Notes: generated by a model not told the origin, from the sequence alone. Counted from the first letter of the stretch, positions 1 to 9,087 are shown. The stretch is 64,000 bases of DNA from Patescibacteria group bacterium (GCA_041674765.1 JBAYVE010000001.1:262177-326176), one strand, 5' to 3'. Numbers and translations: made by a program.

Positions 1-1058
1 ATGTCTATATATTTGCCTTCATATCGTCCAGCGGTTAACCCTTCGGCGGTTGCGACCTTTATCTCTTTGGGTTCTTCGGATCTTGTAATAATTTCAAGAT
101 TGACCGTTGGCTGGATCATTTGGCTCTTCAATGCCGCCAATGTTTTGTCAGCATCGATATAAAGTCCCTCGACGCCCTCAGTGATGACTGCTCCATCTGC
201 GCTGTTAATTTTTCGGTCAACTTTTTTTATTACAAATTGTGCTCCTATCTTGTTGAGATAAGCCTTAATATTGGAGTCATCTAAATTAGCGGCGATTTGG
301 CCGTTGTTGTTAGAAAAAGTAATCCAGTTACCAATCTCGTTTTTTGTCGGAATAAACTTTTTATCTTTATTTGCCAATACAATTTTTTTGTTTAGATAAT
401 AATTTGCCTGAGAAATTGCATTATCAAAATCAGCATTTTGCACCTTGGCGTCCTTTGATCTGGATGTCAAAATAATCTCTGTCTGGCCGTTTCCCGCTGC
501 AGACACTATTTGATCTGCCAGGGCAGAAGTGTCTACTACCTGGCCGCTTTTTGCGGCAGTGCTCTTGACCTCGCCATTGTCAATGGCTAGCGTTGCATCC
601 GATGGTTCTGAATTTAATTGTGCAACTGCAATTTCTAAGAAATCGTTATAGCTTTTTTGATCAATTCTCGGTGCAACTGACAGTGTGCTTTTAGTAAAAA
701 ATGTTTTCGTAGACGCGATTAGGCTATCGAGAAAGCTACCCGTCCTGCCGATTGAATAGCCGCTGTTAATAGCTTCTTCGATGTTGAAGGTTAAGCCAGT
801 GTCGGCAAGATTTGCTCTAACTTCCTTCTCTGGAGTCCTAAGAAGAATCTCCGTACCCAAAATAGTACGAAATTTAGAGCTAAGCAATGTCTCAGCTTGT
901 TTTTTTGTTTTACCTGAGAGATCGATGTCAGCGAAGATAACATTCTTATAAATTTTCCCGGCATAAACTTTCTGGTAGCTAAAAAGAGCTCCCGCCATTC
1001 CCAATAACACAAGAAATAGGGCGGCAATAGTCAAAAATAGAACTTTTTCAGATTTCAT
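1..1058 (-). CDS. Partial CDS (N-terminal portion; the 3' end lies beyond window position 1). Membrane-anchored VanW/YoaR-like cell-wall associated protein.
   Basis: My own translation of the minus strand from the ATG at 1058..1056 reads MKSEKVLFLTIAALFLVLLGMAGALFSYQKVYAGKIYKNVIFADIDLSGKTKKQAETLL... and stays open to position 1. It has an N-terminal TM helix and then a KIYKNVxxxDIDLSGKTKxxA segment that resembles VanW/YoaR-family N-termini. It is absent from the ORF track because no stop codon falls inside the window. Confidence 0.45.
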   Translation of the reverse strand, partial: MKSEKVLFLTIAALFLVLLGMAGALFSYQKVYAGKIYKNVIFADIDLSGKTKKQAETLLSSKFRTILGTEILLRTPEKEVRANLADTGLTFNIEEAINSGYSIGRTGSFLDSLIASTKTFFTKSTLSVAPRIDQKSYNDFLEIAVAQLNSEPSDATLAIDNGEVKSTAAKSGQVVDTSALADQIVSAAGNGQTEIILTSRSKDAKVQNADFDNAISQANYYLNKKIVLANKDKKFIPTKNEIGNWITFSNNNGQIAANLDDSNIKAYLNKIGAQFVIKKVDRKINSADGAVITEGVEGLYIDADKTLAALKSQMIQPTVNLEIITRSEEPKEIKVATAEGLTAGRYEGKYID

Positions 1059-1168
1059 CAGCCCCCGCTTTTCAATTATTTAAACTAACGATTTCTATTT
1101 CTCAATTAGTGATCTTCTTATGCGGCCTAAAAACAGCAATTGATAAACGGCAATCATAAATAAAAGGA

Positions 1169-1244
1169 TGGTGGGCCTGGCTGGGTTCGAACCAGCGACC
1201 AATCGGTTATGAGCCGACTGCTCTAACCACTGAGCTACAGGCCC
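1169..1244 (-). tRNA. tRNA-Ile2 (anticodon CAU, lysidine-type) or tRNA-Met
   Basis: The reverse complement folds as a cloverleaf: GGGCCTG-TA-GCTC-AGTGGTTA-GAGC-A-GTCGG-CTCATAA-CCGAT-TGGTC-GCTGG-TTCGAAC-CCAGC-CAGGCCC-A-CCA. The anticodon is CAT. The variable/T region TGGTCGCTGGTTC and the overall sequence closely resemble E. coli ileX (tRNA-Ile2 LAU). tilS is present at 9088. Confidence 0.8.
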
Positions 1245-1423
1245 ACAGCCTCTAATCACTCATATAAATGTAACAGAATTGAAGATCATTTTCAATAAAA
1301 GCAGTATAAGATGCCGTGAAATAATCCATTCTCAAAGTTAATTTAAAATCATAGCGAGCCTAAGCATTCATTTTTTACAATTGGTAGATTTGGTTGGAGA
1401 AGTCAGATTAGGGCAGCAACCCC

Positions 1424-1452
1424 TTGACAAATCGTGTTCTAATTGATATAAT
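1424..1452 (+). promoter_or_regulatory. sigma70-type promoter of the CAP-domain gene
   Basis: TTGACA (1424..1429), a 17 nt spacer, then TATAAT (1447..1452), about 10 nt upstream of the 1462 start. Confidence 0.5.
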
Positions 1453-1461
1453 GGTCTAATT

Positions 1462-2043
1462 TTGAAAAACCAAGTTATGAAAAAATCATACAAAAAATCT
1501 ACAGCCATTTTCTTCTTGGCTATAATTGGGATATTTGGTCTGTTATTCGCGGGCAAACCGGTTTTGGCATCTGAGATTAGTCAAGAAAATATTTTATATT
1601 TGATCAATAAAGAGCGAATTTATTATGGTCTCAATCCTTTGAGAATTGACGACGATCTAAACAAAGCTTCTCATTGGAAGTCGAATGATATGATTTTTAG
1701 AAATTACTTTGAACATTACGCCTATGGTTTATCGCCCTGGGATTTGTTTGTCAACGCCGGATATGAATACTCGGTTGCCGGTGAAAATTTGGCCATGGAT
1801 TTTGAGACTTCTGAGGGGATTGTCGATACATGGATGCAATCGCCGGCTCATAGGCAAAATCTTTTGAACCCTAAATTTGAAGATTTGGGCATCGGAATTG
1901 CCGAAGGATCTTTTCTGGAGGGCGGAAAAGAACGTTATACAAAAATAGTATCAGGACTAATTGGCCATCGTAAACCCAAAATGGTCTCATCGCTTTCAGG
2001 TATTATTTCCACTCTGGCGTCCGTTTTCAGTTGGAATAAGTAG
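1462..2043 (+). CDS. Secreted CAP/SCP/PR-1-like domain protein (YkwD family)
   Basis: Signal peptide/TM at the N-terminus, then ...NKERIYYGLNPLRIDDDLNKASHWKSNDM..FEHYAYG...GENLA...WMQSPAHRQNLLNPKFEDLGIG, which matches the CAP domain signature pattern. Confidence 0.7.
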   Translation: MKNQVMKKSYKKSTAIFFLAIIGIFGLLFAGKPVLASEISQENILYLINKERIYYGLNPLRIDDDLNKASHWKSNDMIFRNYFEHYAYGLSPWDLFVNAGYEYSVAGENLAMDFETSEGIVDTWMQSPAHRQNLLNPKFEDLGIGIAEGSFLEGGKERYTKIVSGLIGHRKPKMVSSLSGIISTLASVFSWNK

Positions 2044-2473
2044 CGTATTATTTCCATCTGATTAATTTTTATGCTGTGGATAACTAATAATTTTGACTCT
2101 GGAAGCGCACATTAGACGATCGTTGACAGTCTTGGGTCTTGCTATATACTAAGTACACGAGGTCAAGCGTGTCTATGGTTAAAAGTATGAAAAAGTATGA
2201 CAAATCATGGGCTGATATCGTTTGATTATTTAAAAAACAAAAATATAAAGGTTTAAGCGCAAGTTTGGGCCGCTGATAATAGTTAGATGTTTCTTGCCAG
2301 AGGGGCAGCAGGGATTTTTTTATCCTGCAGTTTAGTGATATTCTTTTTGCTCTTTTGGAGGGAAATGTCATTATGTGGTTAATCTATAATTTTATAAAGC
2401 GAAAAGTGAAGTTTACGATTCTAGCTTTATGACTTTATAAACTTTTAATTTTTAAAACTAATTTGGAGCGGTT

Positions 2474-4654
2474 ATGAAACAATTTTTAACAAAATCACTC
2501 ATCTACCTTTTGACCTTTATGCTAGTCGTCCCAACGTGGCTGGTTATTGGTATGAGTCCAGAACATGCAAAAGCAGCTTCGCTCATTTATGAGCATTTTG
2601 ATCAGGAAGTGTTTGGAGCTCCTGACGGTTGGACTTTTACTAGTGGTATCTCTGAATATACCGGTGCAACTAGTTATAAAAGCGCGCCGAGATCGCTTGC
2701 CTTGAAAGAGACGGGCGACCAGGTCTATACGACATTAATCTCTGGTGCATCAAATCTATATTTTTGGACAAAAGGGATGGCGATAAGTCCTGATTCTTAC
2801 TTGTTAATCGAAGGTACTGCTGATCAGCAGAATTGGGATGAGGTCGGCAAGCTGAGCAATATCACAAATTCGGGGGTAAATCAGCATCTCTCTTTGCCGT
2901 CAGACCTTTACAAATTGCGGTTTACTTATCACAAAGTAGCGGGAGGAGTCGCTCTCGATGATGTCGAGGTTACTTCCTTACCGAAACCGGTTTTGAACAG
3001 TACTGTATCTGGTGCAACTAACGTCTCTCCAATCCCTGTTTCTGCGTCTTTTTCTGATGATGTGACCGGAGTAGACGGTACTTCCTTTGAGATAGTAAAT
3101 GGTATCGTAACGACTTTTGAACAGGTCAGCCCTAAAAAATACAATCTTTTAATCACACCAGAAGAACAAGGACTGGTGACCGTCCAAGTGAAGGCAGACG
3201 TCGCTACAAGTCTTATATATGAGGGTGAGAAGAATATCGCTTCCAATGTTTTCTCGGTTATATATGATGACGTTCCGCCGGCTGCAGAAATTAGTAATCC
3301 TCCGGCACTATATACAACTGCAAACTCTTTCAGCTTCAACGTTACGGGTGATGATGTTGTGGAATATAAGTATTCTATCAATGGGGGTGAATACTCTCCT
3401 AAGTATCCTATAAGTGGTGCTTTGATTGAGAATAATTTGCCAGATGGCCAATATATCTTGAATTTGGTTGGATTGGACATCGCTGGCAATTTGCAGGAAA
3501 TTCCAACTACCACTGTTTGGAATGTGGCTGCGAATAGACAAGTAACATTGCCGATAATAAACGGGGTTGACCAGGACACTTATACTTTAGCTAGCAATAT
3601 GACAATTGCTACAACCTTACTAGAAAAAGAAATAAGCATCTTTCTGCCTGCTGGAACTACAATTACTGGACCGTCAGCTTGGGATGGCAAGTTCAGTCTG
3701 CCGGTGTTAACAAATAATTCTTTGGCTTATGCCGTAGGCACGGGGATGGCAGGGAAGGGAATCACACAATTTGAAATAGGTGCTGGGGATCTTGGATTAT
3801 CGTTCGATGCTCCGGCCAAGATTGTTTTGAGCGGAGAAAAAAACAACTTGGTAGGTTTTGTCCGTGAAGGAGTCTTTGCGCCCATAAAAAAAGTATGTGT
3901 TCTTGATGATAAAGATGTTCCCAATAACATCGTTGCTGGTGAGGAGTGCAGAACTTCTTCCGGTAATGATCTGGTTATTTGGACCTATCATTTTACTAAC
4001 TTTGCCACATATGGAGAGGCTGTTGCTATCCCAAATAATCTCACGGCTTCTTCATTCGTAAAGGATAACGCAAATTATATTAAAGCCAGTTGGACGGCTA
4101 CCGGAGCCTCGTCCTATAAAGTTTATGTAAACAATATCCCGGTAGATACTACTACTAACAGCGCTGAAATCAAAGTTGCCTCATCGGGCCAGTATTTGGT
4201 TAAAGTCTCGGCTGTAGTTGATGGGGTGGAGTCTGTCCTTTCGGAAATTGCAACTGTCAACATTACGGAAATTCCGGCAACGGTTGTGCCTGTCAGGACT
4301 GTTCCTGTCGAGGCTGCTCCTGTAGTAAATGTGGCGCCGAATAAGGCGAAAGCGGCCGCTCCTGCTCCGGTCGAGAGTAAAGTTGAGACACCAAAGGACG
4401 AAGGACAAATCAAAGGAGTCGAGGATACAAGCGAAGAGGAGGAGAGCGTAAATTGGACGCCATGGATAGTTTTATTCTCGCTCATTATTTTGGCTGGTGC
4501 AGTAACTGGAGGGTATTTCTACTGGTTTTCTGGACGAGATGAGGCCATCGAAGCCAGCGAAAAGACAAAGAAAGACATAGTTAAGCCAGAAAAAGTTAAT
4601 GTGACTGTTCGGAATAAAAACCAGAAGAATCAGAAGAAGCAAAAGCGCTGGTAA
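2474..4654 (+). CDS. Large cell-surface protein with signal peptide, Ig/Fn3-like beta-rich repeats, an Ala/Pro/Val-rich linker, a C-terminal TM anchor and a Lys-rich cytoplasmic tail
   Basis: N-terminal hydrophobic signal (LIYLLTFMLVVPTWLVIGM...AKAAS). Repeated beta-strand-rich modules (e.g. SSYKVYVNNIPVDTTTNSAEIKVASSGQYLVKVSAVVDGVES is Fn3-like). Linker TVVPVRTVPVEAAPVVNVAPNKAKAAAPAPVESK. C-terminal TM WIVLFSLIILAGAVTGGYFYWF followed by KNQKNQKKQKRW. RBS GGAGCGG 5 nt before the ATG. Confidence 0.55.
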   Translation: MKQFLTKSLIYLLTFMLVVPTWLVIGMSPEHAKAASLIYEHFDQEVFGAPDGWTFTSGISEYTGATSYKSAPRSLALKETGDQVYTTLISGASNLYFWTKGMAISPDSYLLIEGTADQQNWDEVGKLSNITNSGVNQHLSLPSDLYKLRFTYHKVAGGVALDDVEVTSLPKPVLNSTVSGATNVSPIPVSASFSDDVTGVDGTSFEIVNGIVTTFEQVSPKKYNLLITPEEQGLVTVQVKADVATSLIYEGEKNIASNVFSVIYDDVPPAAEISNPPALYTTANSFSFNVTGDDVVEYKYSINGGEYSPKYPISGALIENNLPDGQYILNLVGLDIAGNLQEIPTTTVWNVAANRQVTLPIINGVDQDTYTLASNMTIATTLLEKEISIFLPAGTTITGPSAWDGKFSLPVLTNNSLAYAVGTGMAGKGITQFEIGAGDLGLSFDAPAKIVLSGEKNNLVGFVREGVFAPIKKVCVLDDKDVPNNIVAGEECRTSSGNDLVIWTYHFTNFATYGEAVAIPNNLTASSFVKDNANYIKASWTATGASSYKVYVNNIPVDTTTNSAEIKVASSGQYLVKVSAVVDGVESVLSEIATVNITEIPATVVPVRTVPVEAAPVVNVAPNKAKAAAPAPVESKVETPKDEGQIKGVEDTSEEEESVNWTPWIVLFSLIILAGAVTGGYFYWFSGRDEAIEASEKTKKDIVKPEKVNVTVRNKNQKNQKKQKRW

Positions 4655-4688
4655 ATTTCGAGAGCCATTGAACAGTATATCTAGAAGG

Positions 4689-4724
4689 AAATTTCCCCCG
4701 GGTTAATCTCGGGGGAAATTTTGT
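4689..4724 (+). terminator. Rho-independent terminator after the surface-protein gene
   Basis: Perfect 12 bp stem AAATTTCCCCCG / CGGGGGAAATTT (4689..4700 and 4710..4721) with loop GGTTAATCT, followed by TTTGTG. Confidence 0.6.
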
Positions 4725-4738
4725 GTATAATATGATTG

Positions 4739-5143
4739 ATGAAGGATCGTTTGAACAAATTGCGAGAAATTGTCGACAAAGTTATCCCGATGACGTTCGG
4801 GAGTCTTTTGATGTTTTTGTTTGTTATTTACTTGCTTATTATTGTCGGCAAGACGGTCGCTACAAATTATAAATCCAACAAAGATATTGAAAGTCAGGCG
4901 GTCAAATTGATTGATTTAGAATCACAAATTCACCAATTGCAAAATGAAATCAATTATTTCCAAACTTCTTCATATAAGGAAAAAGAGGCGAGGGCTAAGC
5001 TCGGATATAAATTATCCGGCGAAACTGTTCTATCGATGCCGATAGATACAGACGAAGAGAAAGTACCGGATAGTAGTCTACTAGAAGCGAAGGTAAGGGA
5101 GCCAAATTATCGTTTATGGTGGCGGTATTTTTTTGGAGAATAA
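4739..5143 (+). CDS. Septum formation initiator family protein (FtsB/DivIC-like)
   Basis: Single N-terminal TM (FGSLLMFLFVIYLLIIVG) followed by a coiled-coil (LIDLESQIHQLQNEINYFQ...KEKEARAKLGY), the typical FtsB/DivIC architecture. The track start is TTG 4736; the ATG at 4739 is more likely. A TATAAT (4726..4731) lies only 8 nt upstream, so the mRNA may be leaderless. Confidence 0.55.
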   Translation: MKDRLNKLREIVDKVIPMTFGSLLMFLFVIYLLIIVGKTVATNYKSNKDIESQAVKLIDLESQIHQLQNEINYFQTSSYKEKEARAKLGYKLSGETVLSMPIDTDEEKVPDSSLLEAKVREPNYRLWWRYFFGE

Positions 5144-5170
5144 ATAAACAATTAATTGTTGAGGAGTAAA

Positions 5171-5836
5171 ATGCGTGAAATGAGACCGATTTGGGTTATT
5201 GTGATCATTGTTTTTACAACTGCAATCCTTGCTAGCGGTGTGACTTATTATTTTGTGGATGCCAAAGTATCAAAAGATAAAGATCAATTGCAAGCACAGA
5301 TCGATGATTTAACTGGCAAATTAGCGAACACCAATTCAAGCTCTACTATCAGTGAGGTTACAAATACTAATGCCAATATCAACTCCAATAATAATTCCAA
5401 CTTAAATTCAAATAATATCTCTCAAAGCGCCGATTGGAAAACTTATACCAATAATGATCTTGGCCTTTCTCTTCAGTACCCGAGTGATTGGACTTACAAC
5501 AAATTTGATCAGACCGCTGGAGAAACGACTTTTAATGATGCGGACGATCATTGGGTAATAAATATTGGTGTTGGTAACACGACAAAAAAGTTAGATGAAA
5601 TTGCCAGGGCAAAGATTATGGAACTTGGAGGTGGAGCGGCTGGCGGGAGCGGGGTCGTGAATACGGATGCTTCAATCGGAGGAATTGCTGCTAAGAAGAT
5701 TACCGCTCCTGTCGAGGGCGCAGGACAAAAGATTATGTATTTAGTTTTAAGCAACGGTAAATTATTTACGATCAATCTTTTTGCCGAAGATAATACGACT
5801 GATAAAATTATTTCAACTATTTCGTTTATCAAATAA
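5171..5836 (+). CDS. Hypothetical membrane-anchored secreted protein with Asn-rich and Gly-rich low-complexity tracts; paralog of 16697..17263
   Basis: RBS AGGAG (5162..5166) before the ATG at 5171 (the track used TTG 5156). N-terminal TM, then conserved TYYFVDAKVSKDKDQLQAQIDDLTGKLANTNSSSTISE, which is shared almost verbatim with the 16697 gene. Confidence 0.5.
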   Translation: MREMRPIWVIVIIVFTTAILASGVTYYFVDAKVSKDKDQLQAQIDDLTGKLANTNSSSTISEVTNTNANINSNNNSNLNSNNISQSADWKTYTNNDLGLSLQYPSDWTYNKFDQTAGETTFNDADDHWVINIGVGNTTKKLDEIARAKIMELGGGAAGGSGVVNTDASIGGIAAKKITAPVEGAGQKIMYLVLSNGKLFTINLFAEDNTTDKIISTISFIK

Positions 5837-5863
5837 TTGTACTGTGTAGCTGGTTAACAAAAG

Positions 5864-5893
5864 AATCACTCCGACATATCGGGGTGATTTTTT
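5864..5893 (+). terminator. Rho-independent terminator (member of a repeated hairpin family)
   Basis: AATCACTCCGA-CATA-TCGGGGTGATT with a 10-11 bp stem (one G-U), then TTTTTT. A near-identical copy lies at 8549..8577. Confidence 0.6.
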
Positions 5894-5938
5894 GGCAACA
5901 ATTTAGTAATTATCGAGCGTTTGGTTTATAATTAGACC

Positions 5939-6925
5939 ATGAAAAACAAAAATTCACTCATCAAAAAACCAAACGCGTTTTTAAAAGTTCTAGAATGGAT
6001 TGGACTAAGTCTGGTCGCTCTTGTATTACTTGGCTTTATCTATGAGCAAATTTCAGAATATTGCGATAAAAAAACTTTAAAAGCATCCGGTCAAATGATT
6101 CAAGTTGGCGATCATAAAATGCATATTTACTGTACTGGTGAAAACAAGAGCGGAAGTCCAACAGTGATACTTGAAGCAGGAGCAGGTAACTTTTATGTCA
6201 CATGGAGTAAAATTCAGCCAGCAATTTCCAAAGAAACAAAAGTGTGTTCTTATGATCGGGCTGGTCTGGGCTTCAGTGAAGATGGTAGGGATAAGTCAAT
6301 TAAAGAAGTTGCGGCAAACTTACATGGCCTACTACAAGGATCTGGAATTACCGGGGATATGATCTTAGTTGGTCATTCAATCGGCGGTGCTTATGCAAGG
6401 GTTTATTATGGTAAATACCCCGATAATATTAGAAGCTTAGTCCTTATTGATCCGGCTGAAGAACATATGGCAGAATATATTATCAATAATATATCGCCGA
6501 TTGGCCAGCAAATTTTAAATAATTTACTATACTTTGGGTCATATTTTGGACTTGGTCGTTTGGCAGATACTGTAAACCCCTATCTATTATCGCCATCTTA
6601 TAGATCAATATCGAAAAATGATCGCAAATTAATTCATGCGCTAGGAACCAAGCCAAAAAGTGTTCACAATGCTTTATATGAAGGGTCTTACAATTCTGCC
6701 AAGAGTAGTCTACCCGCATTGAGAGAAGTTGAGAAAATAAAAGTGCCAGTGATTGTTCTTGGCGCTGATTATCTTGGCGAATATACAGCTTGTCAAAATG
6801 GTCACAAGGAGCTCGCAAATCGATCACCATTTGGAGAATGTGTTTTAGTGAAAGATACGAATCACTATATTCAAATTGATCAGCCAGAAATAGTTATTGA
6901 AAAAATAAAAGAATTACTCAAATGA
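5939..6925 (+). CDS. Alpha/beta hydrolase fold protein
   Basis: N-terminal TM; nucleophile elbow LVGHSIGGAYA (GxSxG); ends with a HYIQIDQPE-like catalytic His region. Confidence 0.65.
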   Translation: MKNKNSLIKKPNAFLKVLEWIGLSLVALVLLGFIYEQISEYCDKKTLKASGQMIQVGDHKMHIYCTGENKSGSPTVILEAGAGNFYVTWSKIQPAISKETKVCSYDRAGLGFSEDGRDKSIKEVAANLHGLLQGSGITGDMILVGHSIGGAYARVYYGKYPDNIRSLVLIDPAEEHMAEYIINNISPIGQQILNNLLYFGSYFGLGRLADTVNPYLLSPSYRSISKNDRKLIHALGTKPKSVHNALYEGSYNSAKSSLPALREVEKIKVPVIVLGADYLGEYTACQNGHKELANRSPFGECVLVKDTNHYIQIDQPEIVIEKIKELLK

Positions 6926-7476
6926 AGAAAGATATTGGTCTTAAAAAAGGCTTTGTTAAAGTAGAAAAATATAATCCTAAATGGCAAGAAGAGTTTGATA
7001 AAGAAAAAGAAAACTTAGGGAAAATATTTGGCAATGTAGCCAAATCGATAGAACATGTCGGTTCTACCGCTATCGTCGGTTTATCCGCAAAACCAATAAT
7101 TGATATTGCCATTGGCGTTGACGCACTCGAAGATATAAATAAAGTAAAAGAAAAAATATTAAAATTCCCGCATTATACAATCAAGCAAGATAATGCAATT
7201 GGCGAAATACTTATGAGAAGAGGTACGCCAGTAAATCCAGGAGAAATTAAACCAGACTACGTAACTCATTTCATACATATTATGGAAATAGGTGGTAGGA
7301 AATATAAAGAAACGTTTACCTTCAGAGATTATTTAAGAGCAAACAAAGAAGTGCTAAAAGAATACGATAATTTAAAACAAAAGTTAGCTATAAAATTTGA
7401 AAATGATAGAAAAGCTTATACAGAAGCTAAAGATGAGTTTATAAAAAGTGTTTTGAGTAAATGTGATTTAAGCTAG
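6922..7476 (+). CDS. GrpB family protein (UPF0157 nucleotidyltransferase-like)
   Basis: IEHVGSTAIVGLSAKPIIDIAIGV matches the hallmark GrpB segment (HxGSTxVPGLxAKPxIDI). The start overlaps the stop of the upstream gene by 4 nt. Confidence 0.65.
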   Translation: MKKDIGLKKGFVKVEKYNPKWQEEFDKEKENLGKIFGNVAKSIEHVGSTAIVGLSAKPIIDIAIGVDALEDINKVKEKILKFPHYTIKQDNAIGEILMRRGTPVNPGEIKPDYVTHFIHIMEIGGRKYKETFTFRDYLRANKEVLKEYDNLKQKLAIKFENDRKAYTEAKDEFIKSVLSKCDLS

Positions 7477-7550
7477 CCACGAACTATTTGTAAATAAAAA
7501 GTAAATTCTTAAAGAATAAATATAAATAAATATACAACTATGGAGCAAAT

Positions 7551-8495
7551 ATGGAGATTTCGCCCGAACAGTCAGAGATTTTGTCACAATATAATCACAA
7601 TTCTCATCCGGCCCGAATAATATTAACAAATATCCAGTCATTGACTCTAGAACCAGAAAGTATAAACAAAGAAAGCAAATATTACTATTGGGATATTATC
7701 AAATGCTTTTATAGTTTCTCGCTATTGATGAATCAGATGGATGGATGGGCTCTCTCTATAATGGCTTTTATTGATAAAGGTTTTTCTAATTCATACTTAC
7801 TAATTCCTACTTTTTTTGATTCTTGCTCGTTTTCTGCCTTTATGTTTCGAGAAAAACTTGGGATGTTATTGATTAATGAATATTTTGATTATAAAGATTA
7901 CAAGACAGAAGAGCTAAAAGGTATAAAAGGAATGGATTTTCTGAATAATGCTTATAGGGGTATGGATTCTAAGGAGAGAAATAGAAAAGGATATCTGGTA
8001 ATTCAGGCCTTTAACAAATCCAAGAAAATGATGAAATTGATTTCGATAAAAAACGACGCACATGATAAATACCGTATCTTCTGTGAAATAACGCCACTTA
8101 AACTAGCATTTCCAAACCCTGGGAGAGTAGCATTTAGTGAACCAAAAAATTTCCCTAAATATTACAAAGCAACAAGAGATTATTATCATGAAGCGTTTCA
8201 TGAGATGCAAATTATTTTCGAAGAACTTACAAGATTAATTAATTACGGAAGAATTAACTTTGACGCTTACGAAGTGATTAAAAAACAACCTCAAGGAATA
8301 ATTATCAATGGCGAAAAAGTACAATATAGTCTTAAATCCCCAAAAAAACTGTTTTTTGCCTATAAAAGTCAAGGTTTCTCTATCGATCGTCCTAAAAATT
8401 TTAATATGAGAGGCATTGAGGAAGCAATATCAAAGTGCATTGATAGATGGAATAAAGAACAGAGCAAATGCAATCGTCCGATAGCAGATCTGTAA
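7551..8495 (+). CDS. Hypothetical protein (314 aa), AT-rich orphan gene adjacent to a tRNA cluster
   Basis: Long ORF with no motif I can assign. It is noticeably more AT-rich and Tyr/Lys/Phe-rich than the flanking genes. Confidence 0.45.
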   Translation: MEISPEQSEILSQYNHNSHPARIILTNIQSLTLEPESINKESKYYYWDIIKCFYSFSLLMNQMDGWALSIMAFIDKGFSNSYLLIPTFFDSCSFSAFMFREKLGMLLINEYFDYKDYKTEELKGIKGMDFLNNAYRGMDSKERNRKGYLVIQAFNKSKKMMKLISIKNDAHDKYRIFCEITPLKLAFPNPGRVAFSEPKNFPKYYKATRDYYHEAFHEMQIIFEELTRLINYGRINFDAYEVIKKQPQGIIINGEKVQYSLKSPKKLFFAYKSQGFSIDRPKNFNMRGIEEAISKCIDRWNKEQSKCNRPIADL

Positions 8496-8548
8496 AATAG
8501 TGATTTCGTTCATCAAATAATTATCTTATTAAATTGAGTCAAACCAAA

Positions 8549-8577
8549 AATCACTCCGAAATATCGGGGTGATTTTT
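8549..8577 (+). terminator. Rho-independent terminator (second copy of the repeated hairpin)
   Basis: ATCACTCCGA-AATA-TCGGGGTGAT followed by TTTT. About 90% identical to 5864..5893. Confidence 0.6.
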
Positions 8578-8614
8578 GGTAGGGCGCTAAGCGTCCTAAA
8601 TGCCAAGCTGATCT

Positions 8615-8691
8615 TGGTAGCAGGGGGGAGATTCGAACTCCCGACCCCAGGCTTATGAGTCCTGTGCTCTAACCAACTGAGCTACCCTGCC
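8615..8691 (-). tRNA. tRNA-Met (elongator, anticodon CAU)
   Basis: Reverse complement: GGCAGGG-TA-GCTC-AGTTGGTTA-GAGC-A-CAGGA-CTCATAA-GCCTG-GGGTC-GGGAG-TTCGAAT-CTCCC-CCCTGCT-A-CCA. The GTAGCTCAGTTGGTTAGAGCAC...GGGGTC pattern matches bacterial elongator tRNA-Met. A stem-loop AGGACGC-TAA-GCGTCCT follows the 3' side. Confidence 0.75.
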
Positions 8692-8873
8692 ATATTTTGA
8701 AAAAAACCAAATTTCAAGCAACAAATTACAAACAAATTTCAACATTCAAATCCAAAAATATTGGAGGTTGTAAATTGGAACTTATTTGGAACTTGATATT
8801 TTGTTATTTGGAATTTCCCAAAATCTTTAAATTTTTGGTAGGACGCTAAGCGTCCTTAACACCAAGCTAAGTT

Positions 8874-8950
8874 TGGTAGCGGGGGTTGGATTTGAACCAA
8901 CGACCTTCTGGTTATGAGCCAGACGAGCTACCGGACTGCTCTACCCCGCA
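8874..8950 (-). tRNA. Initiator tRNA-fMet (anticodon CAU)
   Basis: Reverse complement: TGCGGGG-TA-GAGC-AGTCCGGTA-GCTC-G-TCTGG-CTCATAA-CCAGA-AGGTC-GTTGG-TTCAAAT-CCAAC-CCCCGCT-A-CCA. This is nearly identical in architecture to E. coli tRNA-fMet (CGCGGGG...GGTAGCTCGTCGGGCTCATAACCCGAAGGTCG..GGTTCAAATCC..CCCCGC). Positions 1:72 are unpaired (U:U, where E. coli has C:A), which is the initiator hallmark. Confidence 0.8.
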
Positions 8951-9087
8951 TCAACATTAGAATTTTAGCACGAAAGGAACTTTTAATCAAGCAATCTTAT
9001 CATTAGTAAAGGGAAACGACTATCCTTTTATTGATTATTCACGCTCAAAATGCTTTAATTAACAAGAGGGATGATATATAAAACGGA

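Noticed and set aside
791-1027. Track ORF (78 aa, minus strand) at the window start
   Set aside because: It lies in a different frame inside the longer partial minus-strand CDS 1..1058 that reads through to the window edge. The longer frame has a TM plus a VanW/YoaR-like N-terminus, so the 78-aa ORF is a shadow ORF.
2084-2371. 95-aa minus-strand ORF in the 430 bp intergenic region before the surface-protein gene
   Set aside because: No RBS and a low-complexity product. The region more plausibly holds promoter/leader sequence for the 2474 gene.
2929-4485. Several antisense or alternative-frame ORFs inside the 2474..4654 surface-protein gene (2929..3579-, 3219..3413+, 3308..3541-, 3727..3991-, 4123..4485-)
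   Set aside because: They are fully embedded in a much longer ORF that has coherent signal peptide/domain/anchor architecture. These are typical shadow ORFs.
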